The notes under the pieces: generated by a model | Databases searched by the model: none | What the model was told of the DNA's origin: nothing | What the model saw: only the letters and a program-made list of their open reading frames with translations | Assembly (NCBI GenBank): GCA_030867685.1 | Contig: JAQOWU010000008.1 | Span: 2,542,001-2,606,000 of the forward strand | Origin: Wickerhamiella versatilis | Lineage: Eukaryota | Direction of reading: 5' to 3' | Length of the DNA stretch: 64,000 nt | Made by a program: the position numbers and the translations under genes | Shown here: positions 62,763-64,000 of the stretch, in pieces | How positions within the stretch are numbered: position 1 is the first letter of the stretch | Layout: each line of letters starts with the position of its first letter

Positions 62763-63581
62763 ATGTGGAAGGCAACTACTGCCTATACAGAGCAGCTATG
62801 CAAATTACTTAGGTCTTTAAAGCCCATGGGCACTGAGGTTTACCTTACTGTAGCTACTGAAGGACTCAAGGCCGAGGTACTTCACGGGTCTCGAATGTGC
62901 TGTTCCCAAGTCTTCCTTGACGCTGATCTCTTCACAAAGTATGAGGCCCAGGAGGTAGCATTACTAAATGTGCACCTTGGTGCATTAGTTTCCTGTCTTC
63001 AAACGTTCGCCGAATGGGATTCGGAGGATGCAGTAGAACCTAGCGCTTGCTTTCTGTCGTGGGATACTGTAGGGCAATTACAGATCCATTTTGCCCAAGA
63101 ACTGATGACTTCAACCTGCCAGCTTGCGAACTTTGCTACAGAGGCTTATTACGATGGCACTGTTGAATTTGACAGTGAAAGTGTACTAGTTCAGGCAATT
63201 ATACCTGCGAGTGTTTTTACTGCAACCCTCAAGGATTTGGAATCTGTTGAAACGAAATGTCTTCGGATAAATGTCACAACAGATCCCCTACAACTTGAAT
63301 TTGAGAGTGCTGGGGACCTGGCAACTTCGAAGTTCGTACTTCCAAACGACCCAGGTGTTTTAGAAGCTCTTGTGGTTTCCGATATTGAAGAGGCAGTCAC
63401 GGGGTTTGAGTATGACTTTCGTTATATAACCAAATGTAGAGAAGCACAGAGGCTGGCTCAAAGAATCAGTTTGCGTTACGATACGAACGGAGTACTTAGT
63501 TTGCAGTTTCTTTGTCAAGTGGAAGATGCGAAGAATGTATTCATCGAATTCAGATTCTTACCATTTGCGTCAAGTGAATGA
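62763..63581 (+). CDS. RAD17: 9-1-1 checkpoint clamp subunit Rad17 (Rad1/Rec1 family)
   Basis: PCNA-like pattern: EGLKAEV, QVFLDADLFTKY, LVSCLQTF, RISLRYDTNGVLSLQFL, FIEFRFLP. Confidence 0.88.
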   Translation: MWKATTAYTEQLCKLLRSLKPMGTEVYLTVATEGLKAEVLHGSRMCCSQVFLDADLFTKYEAQEVALLNVHLGALVSCLQTFAEWDSEDAVEPSACFLSWDTVGQLQIHFAQELMTSTCQLANFATEAYYDGTVEFDSESVLVQAIIPASVFTATLKDLESVETKCLRINVTTDPLQLEFESAGDLATSKFVLPNDPGVLEALVVSDIEEAVTGFEYDFRYITKCREAQRLAQRISLRYDTNGVLSLQFLCQVEDAKNVFIEFRFLPFASSE

Positions 63582-64000
63582 CTTGCTAGAGCTCCAATTT
63601 GATTGCTAATTGTCCCCAATTAGCTAGCGTAGATTGTCTCAACTGACTTAGTAAATGCGTTCGCCCTGAAAATCGAAATAAGGATGCACTATTAGAATTT
63701 AATCTTAAGTTTCTGATAATTTCCTCGAGAATAAAGAAGATATGTTCATCAAGATTCTATACATGGATAGAAAAGCGTCGCTCCTGCGCCGTATTCACTT
63801 CATTCAGGTCTCTACGTAATCAATAAACCGGGAAAGGTTTTATGAATCCAGGATGAAAATGCGGACAGAGAGACGGTGTACGACATTTTCGGTAAATCAT
63901 CACCTATCAAATATATATCAGTGGCTCAAAATACCTATTTATTCAGTGTCTACGTCGCCCATCGTGGTGAAGATATTTACGAGAAAACCCTGCAAGAAGC

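Noticed and set aside
63804-63903. Minus-strand GTGATGA...CTGA pair resembling a box C/D snoRNA
   Set aside because: No terminal stem and no rRNA-complementary guide I could recognise; would need snoscan
63853-64000. Plus-strand frames open to the window end
   Set aside because: Too short and truncated to identify; two frames are open, so no call can be supported
1-64000. Horizontally acquired bacterial genes, transposons, CRISPR arrays, CUG-Ser recoding
   Set aside because: All recognisable proteins look fungal; no transposase/RT motifs or spaced repeats; CTG occurs at conserved Leu positions

Overview
Gene-dense, apparently intron-free 64-kb stretch of a budding-yeast (Saccharomycotina) nuclear chromosome. 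CTG reads as Leu at conserved positions (e.g. eIF4A ELALQ), a complex I subunit (NDUFA12) is present and intergenic gaps are very short. An early-diverging compact-genome yeast such as the Wickerhamiella/Starmerella or Trichomonascaceae group is my inference, not proven. I find 39 protein-coding genes, mostly housekeeping (RPC40, TIF1, BUB3, PRO2, amidase, APSES factor, ILV1, DYS1, KAP114, TRS23, CYB2, 14-3-3, SET1, RMI1, PRO3, MET12, RAD1, SWI1, ILM1, MNN10, NOC3, PDX1, MPP10, NMD3, DUR3, SRP1, SCD5, SCP1, MRS2, PEX22, RAD17). One of them is a 48-aa NCE101 missed by the ORF track. There are three tRNA genes (Ser-CGA with a 7-nt intron, Pro-TGG, Gln-CTG) and no transposon, rRNA, CRISPR or evident bacterial HGT gene. 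The most notable observations are: (1) Set1 has a natural Phe at the Phe/Tyr switch; (2) an orphan secreted protein has dibasic Kex2-type sites releasing amphipathic peptides; (3) telomere-like TTAGGG/TAGGG motifs recur just upstream of many start codons; (4) two structured intergenic ncRNA candidates, one with a speculative telomerase-RNA-like layout; (5) divergent or minimal versions of Rmi1, Csn3 and 14-3-3; (6) deep microsynteny with S. cerevisiae gene blocks. CDS starts were moved to the first plausible ATG where the ORF track used TTG/GTG. All family calls are by motif recognition from memory, not database searches.
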